Positions 10,351-22,555 of a stretch of 37,070 nt of DNA are shown here, one piece after another. The stretch's first letter is position 1; each line of letters starts with the position of its first letter. The notes under the pieces were generated by a model. It was not told the origin of the DNA and did no database searches. It saw only the letters and a program-made list of their open reading frames with translations. The stretch lies in contig NC_068982.1 of the NCBI RefSeq assembly GCF_001194135.2, positions 139,688,764 through 139,725,833 of the forward strand. The letters run 5' to 3'. The position numbers were made by a program, and so were the translations under genes. This DNA comes from Octopus bimaculoides (taxonomy: Eukaryota).

Positions 10351-11437
10351 TAATTGCTGCACGTTTCTAGATATATATGGGGACGCAGTAGAATAAAATG
10401 TACTTGGATTTTTAAAAATATCTACTAAACAAGTGTAGCAATTCAATGATTATTAAAAAAACATTGTGTGTTGCGAGAATATGTACTCTTTACTGTAAAT
10501 GCCGAGCCGCTATGCGAGGTGTCAACATTCTATATCTTCAGGGAGAAATATGGCTTAAGATGCCATCACTTAAGGAACAATCTGATTAGTTGACGAATGT
10601 TACCGGGTCAGTGTTAGAACTTCCATGTTACAGTAAGCGACTCTAGGAATAATTGCCCTACAAATTTAGTCGCTGGACAACGTAAATTGATAATGCGTTA
10701 CAATGTCCACGAATGAGATTAAGCTCATTGCATATGTGTTAGTAGCTAACTCTATAATCGAGGCTCTGTTAATTGAAGGCATGCCATATAAATTTATGAA
10801 CAAACAATTTTCAGACGAACTGGAACAGGAGAAATTAACTGCCAACTAGTGTGCGTCTAATATTAAGTGTTGTTTATATGAGTGTGCATGTGTTTGCCTG
10901 AAGATTTTGCATGTTAGAGCTTGAAGAATAATATGTTTTAATGGCTTTCTGCGATAGTCAGTGAATGCCTCTTTTCAATATTTATTTCTTGTAAGTTGTG
11001 TATGATTTCGTGTTTTCACTCGTATTATTTTCATCCTGGAAAATAAACACATCAAAGCGGGAAATTATTGCCGGGAAATCGAGAACACTAGAACATATAC
11101 ATGCAACACTAAAAGACAAAATCTTCTAAATAACAACGTCACATAATTAAAGAGAAATTAAACGAACTAGTCAGTATAAACTTTTCTGAAAAGTAGTTCC
11201 TTCCTACTTGTCTCACCCTGAAACCTAGGTTCAGAAATCCTCTGGAAGAAGGCCTTCTCTAATCAAACAACACTAAACACTTCAGCAAATTAATCGCCTT
11301 CTTGTTGTTTTTACGAAACTGTGTATAATCACTAAACACTTTTATTTCCATGAAAAATAACTACAAGCTGATAAGTGATATAATTTATAAAATTTGTTCA
11401 TTGAAAGACTTAATCATCTCAGAAATGTTCGCACTGT

Positions 11438-11441
<4 letters not shown>

Positions 11442-11490
<49 letters not shown>
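11442..11490. repeat. (AT)n microsatellite
   Basis: Seen directly. Confidence 0.95.
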
Positions 11491-12889
11491 CTCAAAGGTC
11501 TGGAGAGTCATATTGCAGGATGGCATGACTGAAATATATTATGGCTTCAGTCCTCCTCTCGATGTTCTTTCCTTTTCTTCGCTTTCATTTTATGTTTATT
11601 CTTTATTCTGATGAATGTCCATGTTCCAGCTTCTGATCAGTTTGATTTATCATCGTTTAACTTATTAATAATATGAATTTTAGTTCATATATCTAGTAAG
11701 TTCTTTGTTAACTTGGGTGTGCAGATTTTTAAAGAAATCATTGTTAAAATCGTTGGAAAACTTTCTCGCATTCGTTGCAAATTACTAAAATAAAGATTTT
11801 GAAAAAAACACCTGATCATTAGATTTCTGACCAAAATGCAACTATTCAAATGGCTTCACAAAACAATCCTTTAACAACCCAACATCTCTCAAATCCACCC
11901 ACAATCAAGTATCTTGTGTTGACTATTCACTTCTTCCACTCCCACACTGATTAAGAAACCCAACCCCACCATAAACATATGTATGTATGTAAATTGTGTG
12001 TATGTGTTTAACAAACTCTAATACGACGTCATAAGTACAACAATAACTTTCGTGCCCAATCACTTCGTAAAAAGAAATATAAGTAATTTAAAATAATTAT
12101 AAAATTTTGTGTCAACTAAAAGGATGATATTTAATTACAGACGTTTCAAATTCAGTTCAATTTTCCAACATTAAAATGATGTCACCGACGCCGTCGATAA
12201 TGATGATGATTATTACGATCATTATGGTTATGATAATGCTGAACCATCACTACCACCATCACTACCACTACCTTCAGAATGATTATGATTATGATTCTGA
12301 CCTTCATCAACACAATCCACCTCATCGCCACCATCTTCATTCATAAGAAACAGTATTCTAAACCAGTTGTACAAAAAGTTTCTCTTCATCGCTGGCGGCT
12401 TTTATTGAGTGAATGGTTTAAATATTATCAGTAGTAGATTTCACTAACAGAGAGAAATATTTCATAAAGAATCCTACGAATTCTTTCACGTAATATAAAT
12501 TACAACCTACAGGCGAGCAATTATAAGGTAATTGCTAATCGTGGAATAAGCATTCAAATTTTATAAATCACAACTCTCTCCATCACTATGAATAGAATCT
12601 CAATTTTTCAGCCTGTATTTTGAGAACGGTGCGAGGTTTTGTTTTAGGTTTCTGAGTATTCTTAGCAATGCATGAAAATATATCGGTTATATTAGAGAAT
12701 TCATTCTATAGAAAAGAGGCATTCACAATTGCAGAGCTATAGAAAACAATAAGAAAAATTAACTCATTTGAGGTTTCTTAAAATCAAACGTCACTACGTC
12801 AACACTCAAAATATTGAGACATTTTAGTGTGAGCTACCTAGTGTGCTTTCCAACCACATTGTTTCAGTTTCAGTCACACATCGTGATAA

Positions 12890-12969
12890 CTTGTGTGTCT
12901 AATACCTTGTGTGTCTAATACCTTGTGTGTCTAATACCTTGTGTGTCTAATACCTTGTGTGTCTAATAC
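12890..12969. repeat. Minisatellite, 5 identical copies of a 16-bp unit
   Basis: CTTGTGTGTCTAATAC x5 (units start at 12890, 12906, 12922, 12938 and 12954). Confidence 0.97.
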
Positions 12970-13509
12970 TAAAGCAACGAGTGGTACTGGCATGTTTAAT
13001 TTTTACCTGGATGGGTCCTTTTACGCATGCTAAGCCACTGATATTGTTATAAAAATGAATCTCCTTATATATATTTACATAATTTTCCTTCACTTCGATC
13101 ACCTTTTTTAAATTTACTGCGGCATTAAAAACGGTCATCGCACACATTGGTTGAGATGAACAAACTGTACAACACTCGGGTCAGTAAAACTCGCCGAAGA
13201 TGAACTATGGGTATTTCTCAAAGTTCGAATTCACAGTAAAAAAGGGATGTCTGACATTTGCAATTTTCGATTATTTTCGTCATTGGTTCGGAGTCTGTTC
13301 ATTTTCCCGCTTTCACCTTTGTATTTAAGTGAAAACTTGTGGTTTGGCCATTTTCACAGCTATGTTAGCATGCCGGTACTGCCTGTTAATACTCTTAATT
13401 ATTAATTGATAATTTTTAACTTTATAGTATTTTCCAGACATGCTAAGCCACCGATATTATCATAAACAATAATATCCTCAAACACTTATATACATATATA
13501 CATGTATAT

Positions 13510-13566
<57 letters not shown>

Positions 13567-14230
13567 NNNNNNNNNNNNNNNNNNNNNNNNNNNNNNNNNN
13601 NNNNNNNNNNNNNNNNNNNNNNNNNNNNNNNNNNNNNNNNNNNNNNNNNNNNNNNNNNNNNNNNNNNNNNNNNNNNNNNNNNNNNNNNNNNNNNNNNNNN
13701 NNNNNNNNNNNNNNNNNNNNNNNNNNNNNNNNNNNNNNNNNNNNNNNNNNNNNNNNNNNNNNNNNNNNNNNNNNNNNNNNNNNNNNNNNNNNNNNNNNNN
13801 NNNNNNNNNNNNNNNNNNNNNNNNNNNNNNNNNNNNNNNNNNNNNNNNNNNNNNNNNNNNNNNNNNNNNNNNNNNNNNNNNNNNNNNNNNNNNNNNNNNN
13901 NNNNNNNNNNNNNNNNNNNNNNNNNNNNNNNNNNNNNNNNNNNNNNNNNNNNNNNNNNNNNNNNNNNNNNNNNNNNNNNNNNNNNNNNNNNNNNNNNNNN
14001 NNNNNNNNNNNNNNNNNNNNNNNNNNNNNNNNNNNNNNNNNNNNNNNNNNNNNNNNNNNNNNNNNNNNNNNNNNNNNNNNNNNNNNNNNNNNNNNNNNNN
14101 NNNNNNNNNNNNNNNNNNNNNNNNNNNNNNNNNNNNNNNNNNNNNNNNNNNNNNNNNNNNNNNNNNNNNNNNNNNNNNNNNNNNNNNNNNNNNNNNNNNN
14201 NNNNNNNNNNNNNNNNNNNNNNNNNNNNNN

Positions 14231-14387
14231 TCACACTGTGTCACGCTCAATATCCCCGAGAACTACGTTAAGGGTACACGTGTCTGTGGAGTGCTCAGCC
14301 ACTTACACGTTAATTTCACGAGCAGGCTGTTCCGTTGATCGGATCAACTGGAACCCTCGACGTCGTAAGCGACGGAGTGCCAACAAC
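14231..14387 (+). mobile_element. tRNA-derived SINE, family C, 3' part (the 5' part is in the N gap)
   Basis: ...GAACTACGTTAAGGG...CACGAGCAGGCTGTTCCGTTGATCGGATCAACTGG...CGTCGTAAGCGACGGAGTGCCAACAAC is homologous to the reverse complement of 35086-35230 and ends in a short CAA tail. Confidence 0.8.
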
Positions 14388-14422
14388 TGCCCACAAGGGG
14401 CTGCGCAGAGGAGACGAACAAG

Positions 14423-14562
14423 GTACTGGTACTTATTTAATCAACTCAGAAAGGATGAAAGGCAAAGTCGACCTCGGCGGAATTTGAACTGAGAACGTAG
14501 CGGCAGACGAAATACCGCTAAGCATTTCACCCGGCGTGCTAACGTTGCTGCCAGATCACCGC
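14423..14562 (-). mobile_element. tRNA-derived SINE, family A
   Basis: The minus strand reads GCGGTGATCTGGCAGCAACGTTAGCACGCCGGG...TTCTCAGTTCAAATTCCGCCGAGGTCGACTTTGCCTTTCATCC...AAGTACCAGTAC and is homologous to 34781-34995. Confidence 0.9.
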
Positions 14563-14700
14563 TTCTTTCAGTTTTCGTCTACCGAATCCACTCACAAGGC
14601 TTTGGTCGGCCCGAATCTATAGATGCCACGCAGTGGAACTGAACCCAAGACCGTGTGGTTGGTGAGCAAACTACTTACCACACAGCCAGTCCTGCGCCTG
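14561..14700 (-). mobile_element. tRNA-derived SINE, family B, 5' part
   Basis: The minus strand reads GGCGCAGGACTGGCTGTGTGGTAAGTAG...GGGTTCAGTTCCACTGCGTGGC...GACCAAAGCCTTGTGAGTGGATTCGGTAGACGAAAACTGAAAGAAGC. It is fused directly to the family A head. Confidence 0.88.
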
Positions 14701-14780
14701 TGTATGTATACGTGTAAATAATATCAAATAATTTTCTCCCGCCTCGAACCTGACACAACTCCGCAATAATACTTACTTTT

Positions 14781-15171
14781 GGCTGGTAACCGACAATTTT
14801 TTCTGCAAAATATTGGTAGTTTATCCTGTTCATTAGCATTATTCTTCGTTTGAGAATAAAATTATTTCCTTATCTTTCAATACATCTCAACGCTAAAGCA
14901 AGCTTTGTTTACTTTCATTGTAATTTGAATTTAACGTACGATAGCGTCTTATAGAGCTAGATTTATATATCCTAAATTTGCAGAAGAATTTCAAGTTCGG
15001 TCAGATTAGCTTAAATGTAAAGCACTGCTTCGGTCGGGTAATCACATGGATGTGGGTTCGTGTCTCGCGGCTGGTCGCCGATACATTTTTCTACAAAATA
15101 TGGGTAGTTTATCCTGTACATGCTATAGTATTAGCATTATCCTGTGTTTGAGAATAACATTATTTCCTTAT
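14781..15171 (+). repeat. ~95-100-bp direct repeat (14781-14873 and 15069-15171); the second copy is preceded by a tRNA-like head
   Basis: Both copies read GGCTGGT..CCGA..ATTTTT.CT.CAAAATAT.GGTAGTTTATCCTGT...ATTAGCATTAT...GTTTGAGAATAA.ATTATTTCCTTAT. Confidence 0.85.
15000..15076 (+). pseudogene. tRNA-like sequence (tRNA pseudogene or head of a fourth SINE family)
   Basis: T8A9, D-stem GCTT/AAGC (15009-15023), T-arm GTGGG-TTCGTGT-CTCGC (15052-15068), a partial acceptor stem GTCAGAT/GGCTGGT and a downstream TTTTT. The anticodon arm is disrupted, so no isotype is assigned. Confidence 0.6.
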
Positions 15172-15671
15172 TTTACTTTAAAATGTTTGGGCCAGATTCC
15201 GATACATCGTAGTCAGTAAAAATTTCTTAAGTATTTTCACCTGCGGCTTTGACTTTCTGTTACCAACTTAGTTATTGGTTACAAGTGTATAATTTTCTAT
15301 ATTATTTACCGTGTTCTAGGTTTCTCCAGAAGTTTTATTTCACCACGAATCTTCGGCAATGGCTGCATCTCTGTGAGACCACTTCTTAACCTCTATCATG
15401 TTTTACATGAATATTAAAAGAAAATGATTGCTAATATCTTAGTTTTTCAATTAGTTGGCATCATTTCCTTTTAATAACAATTTTATCCTGCTCAGCAAAA
15501 GTTATTGTCTAGCTGTTACCGTGTGCCGTAAATAGCCAGAATACGTCTGATATATCTTCATTGTTTGCGTTTATTTCAGGCAGTCATTCCGTCTATTGAC
15601 TTCAAAATAAATTATATTTTCTATCTGCAGTCTGAATAAAAAACAGATACACAGGCGCACACACATTCACC

Positions 15672-15830
<159 letters not shown>

Positions 15831-17140
15831 GTGCATGTGTTTATAAGGGGAGGCGTGCGTATATACACGCACCTATACACAGAAGCGCATATACCACTGC
15901 GTGTAGTAATCTACTGGGGTCTATGAAATTGTCATGTTAATTGTATGGATCTTGATATATATTGATACGCGGAAACGATTTATTCATTTCGATGTTAATT
16001 ATCGATATGTTATTTGAAAGTTAGATTGTTAAAGCAAAAATACTGCTCTTGTATCATTGTTTCTGCCTAATATCTTTCATATTGTTTTCCAAAATTATTC
16101 TGCCATTTACTCATACAGATTGTAGAGCTAACCAAACACGTTTAGTCTGCTAAGAGATTAGTTTTATTATTTCGCTCAGAAGTTATTTTGTCAAACATTG
16201 TAGATGTTAAAGCAATTCTGCATCGTTTATAAAATGAATATATACATACCAAAAGAATCTAGGGATATGTTATGCATGTAGTACATAGCTAACTGAAAGC
16301 TAACATTGTTAATGCGGTGAAACAGCAAGGATGCTTCATCAGTGAATATTGCATCCACAATGAAGAGAAAATCGTTAATGTTAATGATCATTCTCGTTAA
16401 GAAAGTAAACGAAAATAGCTGGAAAATTTACATTGATTACGATGTGTATACGTGGGAGAACGGTGTTATAAGTACGTGCGGACTGTTATGAATGTTAATG
16501 ATGTTGCCCAAAACTACCTGCTAATTCCCGACTTATCTATATGTTCTACAAACAGATAATGTCTCTGAGAAATGTTTGCATGTCTTTATTCAAAATTGTT
16601 TTGAGATTTAATGTGTTTTCAATAAAATAATTGTCCTCTCAATCATAATGGTTACAAGAAAACTCAAGTAAGTCTATGCATCGCCAGTGAGGTCTAATAA
16701 CATCGAAACATATTAGAATTGTGGCTATAATCAACGAATATCAATCAGGTTCACTCTCTAGTGCATGGCTTCATTCATTTTGCTACTATTTACTATTTTG
16801 GGTTACAGAGTTGTCTACCTCGACTTTTCTAATAGGAAACTTTTTAATGTTAACGTGGTCTCATTTTTGCTTTGGTCATTGATGTAATCTGATTGATTAC
16901 ATGAATTAGATTTATTGATTCAGGTGTTTTACCTTTGTGTTTCTTTTATTATCTTCTAATTGACAATAGAGTAAAGGTTAGTCTTCCCAATATCTACCAC
17001 AACGAAAATTTGCAAACAAAATAATCGCGAAAACTGTACGGAATCAAAAATTAGAGTTTGAAATTCAGTCACTGTCGTAACCTATAATAATGTAGAAGGA
17101 TGGTTGAGCTTAGAATAAAGGAATATGAAAAGTAAATAAG

Positions 17141-17272
<132 letters not shown>

Positions 17273-18682
17273 AAGGTGGTCATTTAGTCAATGTATTACC
17301 GCCCTGAGGAACAGAGCAGTAATGTGTTTGGTTCGATTCATTATTTCCTGATTGTAGTTTTTCATCGAAACATAATGTATTTTAAATATTTTGTATTCCG
17401 ACGTCTTTACGGCAACATGTATTCTATATCTAATAATAATTTAAAGTGAAGATCGTCTCTTAAAAAATGACTGCAAATGTGTATCGTCGCAGATGACATT
17501 ATTCTAAGAAATTTACTTTCTCAACAATGACTTGCACAATATTAGCGTTCTTTTTAATGATTCACATGAAAATTCCTCTTAATGCATTTATATTGTATAT
17601 ACCACTCAGCTTGCATATCATATATATCAGACGATCTTAATCTTAATAATGAACAAATTACATGCAAAAAGACGAAGTGGAGAATAATTTATCAAAAGTT
17701 AGACGCAACGACCTTCATAAAGGTCAGACTCTTGACTACTATTTCCGATCAACGGTACTCCGTCTAAAGAGGGGGATTCGCATTTATAGTCACAATTTAT
17801 GTTCTGCCATAACTTTCTGTAACCCATGGAGGAAATGTTTTAAGACATTTTAAGTTTGAGAGGTGTAGAGAGTTTTACGTTCACGAATTTTGTACGAGGT
17901 ATCGTATGTCATGCTACACAAGAACTCTAACCGGTTATATATTTAAAGGAAAGGAAAGAAAATCCTGAAATTGCAGGGGATGAATAGTAAATTAAGTCTC
18001 AATTAGAAGAAATTAATCAAACTTCATGCCTGACATACTAGATTGAATGTTTGGGTTTGATGTCTTATTTCATGAATGAATAATTGTTATTGCTGGCTCT
18101 ATTAATACAATTTCAGCTGTCATTTATATACCTAACATCGTTATTTTGTATAATTACTGAATCAGGAAGGATGGGACTTTTGCAGATCCTCCGAGAAATG
18201 GTGTGTTTGAAGCTCGGTATGTTCCCATTAATCTATCGCACATAAACTAATGCAAGAGAGTCAGAAGCAAGGTAACGTTTCTAGAAGGTTGTTGTATTAA
18301 GATTATCTAGGGGACAGGGTTTAATGTAACGAATGGCCGATGGATACAAAAAAGATTGACGAGAAGCAGGTCGCGGGGGGGGGGTGTTTTAGAAGTTCCA
18401 CAATTATAAAATACCAAAATCTGCCAGATCTAAAGAACAGGTCTAAAGAACATGGTTGTGAAAGTAAGACTAGAAGAAAAAATAAACAGCACACATGTGT
18501 GCCAGATGATTAAGATCTCTCTCAATGGAAAAGATTCGAGATTTTGGAGAACGTCATTGTTAGTGTCCGCCTCGTTTGTCTTACAGATATTAGAATTGGT
18601 CTTGATATTTACTTACAAATCTCTCTATTATAGGCAAAAAACCTGAAATTCTGAATGAGGTGCCTTGACGATAATATGGACG

Positions 18683-18810
18683 CCAGTGTTCAATTGATAG
18701 TTACTTTATCGAACCCGAAAGGATAAAAACCTCGGTGTAATTTGAACTCAGAATGTAATGACGCTATTCATATTCTCCCACATGCTTACGATTCTGCTAG
18801 CTCGCTGCCT
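18683..18810 (-). mobile_element. SINE family A, old degraded copy
   Basis: CCGAAAGGAT...CCTCGGTGTAATTTGAACTCAGAA...GCTTACGATTCTGCTAGCTCGCTGCC matches the reverse complement of the family A head. Confidence 0.75.
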
Positions 18811-18825
18811 GAAAATAATAATTCT

Positions 18826-19040
18826 TTCTAATTTTTGGCATAAGTCCTGCAATGTTCAGGGAAATGGAAATTCGATTCTATCGACTTAAGTACATATTCA
18901 GTCGACTGGTACTTATCTAGTCGACTCCGAAAGGATGAAAGGCAAGTCGATCTCGGTTGAATTGAAAGTCAGAACACAAAGACGTACGAAATGGCGCTAT
19001 GCATTTTGTCCGACATGCTAACGATCCTGCCATCTTGCTG
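18826..19040 (-). mobile_element. SINE family A, near full-length degraded copy
   Basis: CTGGTACTTAT...GAAAGGATGAAAGGCAAGTCGATCTCGG...CATGCTAACGATCCTGCCATCTTGC, plus a 3' tail back to about 18826. Confidence 0.8.
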
Positions 19041-20082
19041 ACTTTTTTCGCGCGAAATATTAATAAGCAAGTACTGTTGCAGTTGTACGAAAGAAATTAT
19101 TCAAATTACATTTCTAAAAATATGTCTAAAAATATGACCTAACTAAGAATTGTTTGAACTTAACTTACTACCTACTTGTGTTTGTGATATTGCCTCATAT
19201 ACATCATGAAATAACTATTTATCGTTACATTTGCTACGTATAGAACTATGATATTTTGTCAGTCTTCGAAAAACAAACTTGTTCTACCATTGATATAGAA
19301 GTTAAACCACAGTAATTCTATTTATCACCTTTAATATTAGTGAGTCAGTGTACTTGAGAAAAAACATGCAAGTAACTTAGAACCAATGTATATATGATCC
19401 CTAACATAGATATCACCGTAGATTGCAAAAGCCAACATTAAATTTATCATGTTATGAAGCGAATAGAGTAGATAAGTTCAAACGAAACTGTGTGTCAATC
19501 GGGAATAGTACTATTCCTGCCAGTGCTTGGATCTGGTTCATACAATGACATCATCTGGAAAAAGGCGAATTAGAAATAATAGCGTACGTATGCGGCATAA
19601 ATTCTGTTTATCAATGAAAATTTTTATTTCGTTTTCAGGATCAGACCAAGATTGATGCACGTTTCCTCTCGACATGTTTCAGTAAATGGACAGCTAGAAT
19701 AGGATCTAATACACATAAATATATAGATTATAAAACAACCACAAACACACATAGACTTGTACAAATACGTGCATGCCCACAGCTTGATGTTTAGTGGTAT
19801 GCATAATATGATACAAGACTTTTCAATGTATTTCATATAAAATACGTGGTATTTATTGGTGAAGTAGAAAGAAAAAATAAGCTGGTATCAAATGTCACAG
19901 CATCTGGATATCGCTTAATCCATATTAGCATTGTTATTTTCATGTAGACGTATCTGTAGTGTTGACGTTCAACTGACATAATACAGAAATACAAACTATA
20001 TTACTCGTATTGAAACCAAGATCACCCGAGGGACATATTATGGAATAAATCATATTCCGGATTACTGGATACAGTCACGTCC

Positions 20083-20085
<3 letters not shown>

Positions 20086-20141
<56 letters not shown>

Positions 20142-20174
20142 TGTGTGTGTGTGTGTGTGTGTGTATGTATATAT
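20086..20174. repeat. (AT)n(GT)n microsatellite
   Basis: Seen directly. Confidence 0.96.
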
Positions 20175-20789
20175 CATAAGGTGTGGGCATGAACGATGGG
20201 ACTCTTTATGTGACGTTATTTTGCATTGAGAGCTTAGCATGCAACAGCAGGTTTATTCGATTCTTATTTGTACAGAATATATTAACTTTACAAGATAAAG
20301 GCTGAGTGAGACTTCGAAGTTACGTCTTCCTCGCCCACACCAGAGAGTTTTATGCAGGCAGGAAGATGAATCTTCAAAGTTCCTGTGAACATTTATGTAT
20401 GTATATATGTATATATATATATATAAATTCAGAAGAGTGGTATTTTTGCAGGAAATTAATACGTATGTATTGAAATATTTTTCATATATATATAATGGGT
20501 TTGTATGATAATGTATATAGAAATATATTATTCAAAAGAATTCCAACTCTGTATGTTTTTATGTTTTATTTATATTCTTATAAAATTAATGTGAGATATA
20601 GAATATGTAGTATATATATATATATATATAAATGAAATGAAGCATTGAATGTCTTATTGAATGAATGAAATATTGAATATTAGATATGAAATATTGTAGG
20701 ACTAGTATACTTTCCTGCTTTCTAGCAGTCTTCAAGGCCTCGTGTGACTTCTATTTCAGCCTTTGCCACAATTCTCTCTCAATGCATAA

Positions 20790-21505
20790 TTGAATTATGA
20801 TGGACTTGCTTTTTACATTTGGGGTTTTCCCTTTGTCTAACACTACACTAACAGATTATATTTGTAACGTGCGAGTTATCCGGTTTCTTTTCCCGAAAAC
20901 CCTCAGCTTATCCAGCTTGTCACAACGGATTTTACTTACAAGACCATGTACACAAATAATCATTGCTATCAATATAAATTTATAATCTGGATGTAGGGAC
21001 TAGAGGTTTCGAAGTACCTATCTGTAGGTAATAACCTTCTCTTTGATTATCGAAGAGATATTCACATCAGCAAGGCAGCTGGCCTCTATAATGGTGTATA
21101 CTTAAGTTTTCCCGACACAAGCAACACTATCAGGCTTACTATGTCTGCACATGACTGATGTTATGATGAAGATGTGCAACCAATATCTCTTTTGTTTATT
21201 TTCGTGTGTGTTTTTCATAACAATGGGAACATCTATATTTATTGAAGAACAATCTTTTTTCGTGAATGGCGTTATATATAGTTTTAGCGACAATTTCGTG
21301 TCGCCTAGGTATATCATACATTGATGATATTATTTGGCAGTTGCCATCACGTGCCTAATATCTTCTACAGAAATATGGAATCTACATTTTTGGTTGCATC
21401 CTGGGACACCAAGGGCTTCACTGTCTTTTTGGTTTACAAGGTATTTCGTAGCAATCTCTTGTTCCTCGATTGCAAATTCATATCCTTTGAAGCGTGATGT
21501 GATGC
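20790..21505 (-). mobile_element. RLE-type non-LTR retrotransposon 3' remnant (CCHC knuckle plus restriction-like endonuclease; R4/Dong-like)
   Basis: Manual minus-strand translation across frameshifts gives ITSRFKGYEFAIEEQEIATKYLVNQKD...NQKCRFHISVEDIRHVM / RRHEIVAKTIYNAI / YWLHIFIITSVMCRHSKPDSVACVGKT*VYTIIEASCLADVNISSIIKEKVITYR*VLRNL*SLHPDYKF. The order (zinc knuckle, RH, KPD...E..C..D..I...EK...Y) is typical of RLE LINE C-termini. Confidence 0.8.
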
Positions 21506-21530
21506 ATATAAGTCTATCTGTCTGACTGAA

Positions 21531-21665
21531 TGTATGTATGTGTGTGTGTATGTATGTGTGTATGTATGCATGTATGTGTGTTAGTGTGTGTGTGTGCGTG
21601 TGTGTGCGTATGTATCTACGTATGTTTGTATGTACGTATGCGTGTGTGTATGTATGTATATTTGT
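21531..21665. repeat. (TATG)n/(GT)n microsatellite
   Basis: Seen directly. It abuts the 5' break of the LINE remnant. Confidence 0.93.
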
Positions 21666-22352
21666 GTTAAGATCAATGTCGGATCGTTGGCCACATCTTC
21701 GAATTTCTAATGCTCAGAATAAAGTCGATTCATGCAAGAATACGAGCAGGGAGATAATCAATAATTTGGTAATCATTGTCTTAGAGGAGATGTTCCTGAC
21801 TGTGATACTCCATATCAGAAGGACAATCGTCATATATTTTGGAGCATATTGCAGTCCCTACATAACCTGTAGAATACATTATTCCGTCTATGGTAAAGGT
21901 AAATTAAGAAGAACGTGGTAATTCATCATGTCAGGAATTAACTTCATTAAACATAGTTTCCATTTGGATAATGTGTGTACATTGGTGAGGAACTGTGCTT
22001 GTTATCTAAGATCTCACAGATTAATAGAGAGCCGTGGGTCTGCGAAATATTGAATGAAATGCAATACATTATTTGTTTGGACAGTTTACATTCTTTGTTA
22101 AAAACCCACTAAGGTGAACATTGCCTTTCATACGTTGAGGTTCGGTAAATTATGCATCAGTGAAGAGTTGGGTGGATGTATCAACTAATATTACACTAAT
22201 AAAAGTGTATCAAAAGATATCTGACTTCTGAAGAACCTCACACATAAACACACATCCATATATATCAGATATGCAAATATGATGCCTTCAGCCTAAATTC
22301 ATAAGGGTTTGCTAAGTATCATGCAGATCATTGGAAATATTTAGGCAGGTGT

Positions 22353-22555
22353 AAGTGATGAGTTGGCAGGATCGTTAGCAAGCCAAGCACGTGCTTAGCA
22401 GCATATACATGCTGAGTTCAAATTCCGCCAAGATCGAATTTGTCTTCTATAGTTTCAGAGTCGATCAAATAAGTTCCACTGAGCATTGGAGTCAATGTAA
22501 CCGATTTACGCCATCCCTCGTAGTTGCTAGTATTTTACCAAAATTTGGAACCAAT
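22353..22555 (+). mobile_element. SINE family A, degraded full-length copy
   Basis: GAGTTGGCAGGATCGTTAGCA...CTGAGTTCAAATTCCGCCAAGATCGA...GTCGATCAAATAAGT...CAAAATTTGGAACCAAT. Confidence 0.8.

Noticed and set aside
12890-12969. Regular repeat array as a CRISPR-like locus
   Set aside because: The units are contiguous with no spacers, there are no cas genes, and the context is eukaryotic.
15000-15076. Functional tRNA gene
   Set aside because: The anticodon arm has an insertion and cannot pair, the D-loop lacks GG, and the acceptor stem is mismatched. Kept only as tRNA-derived.
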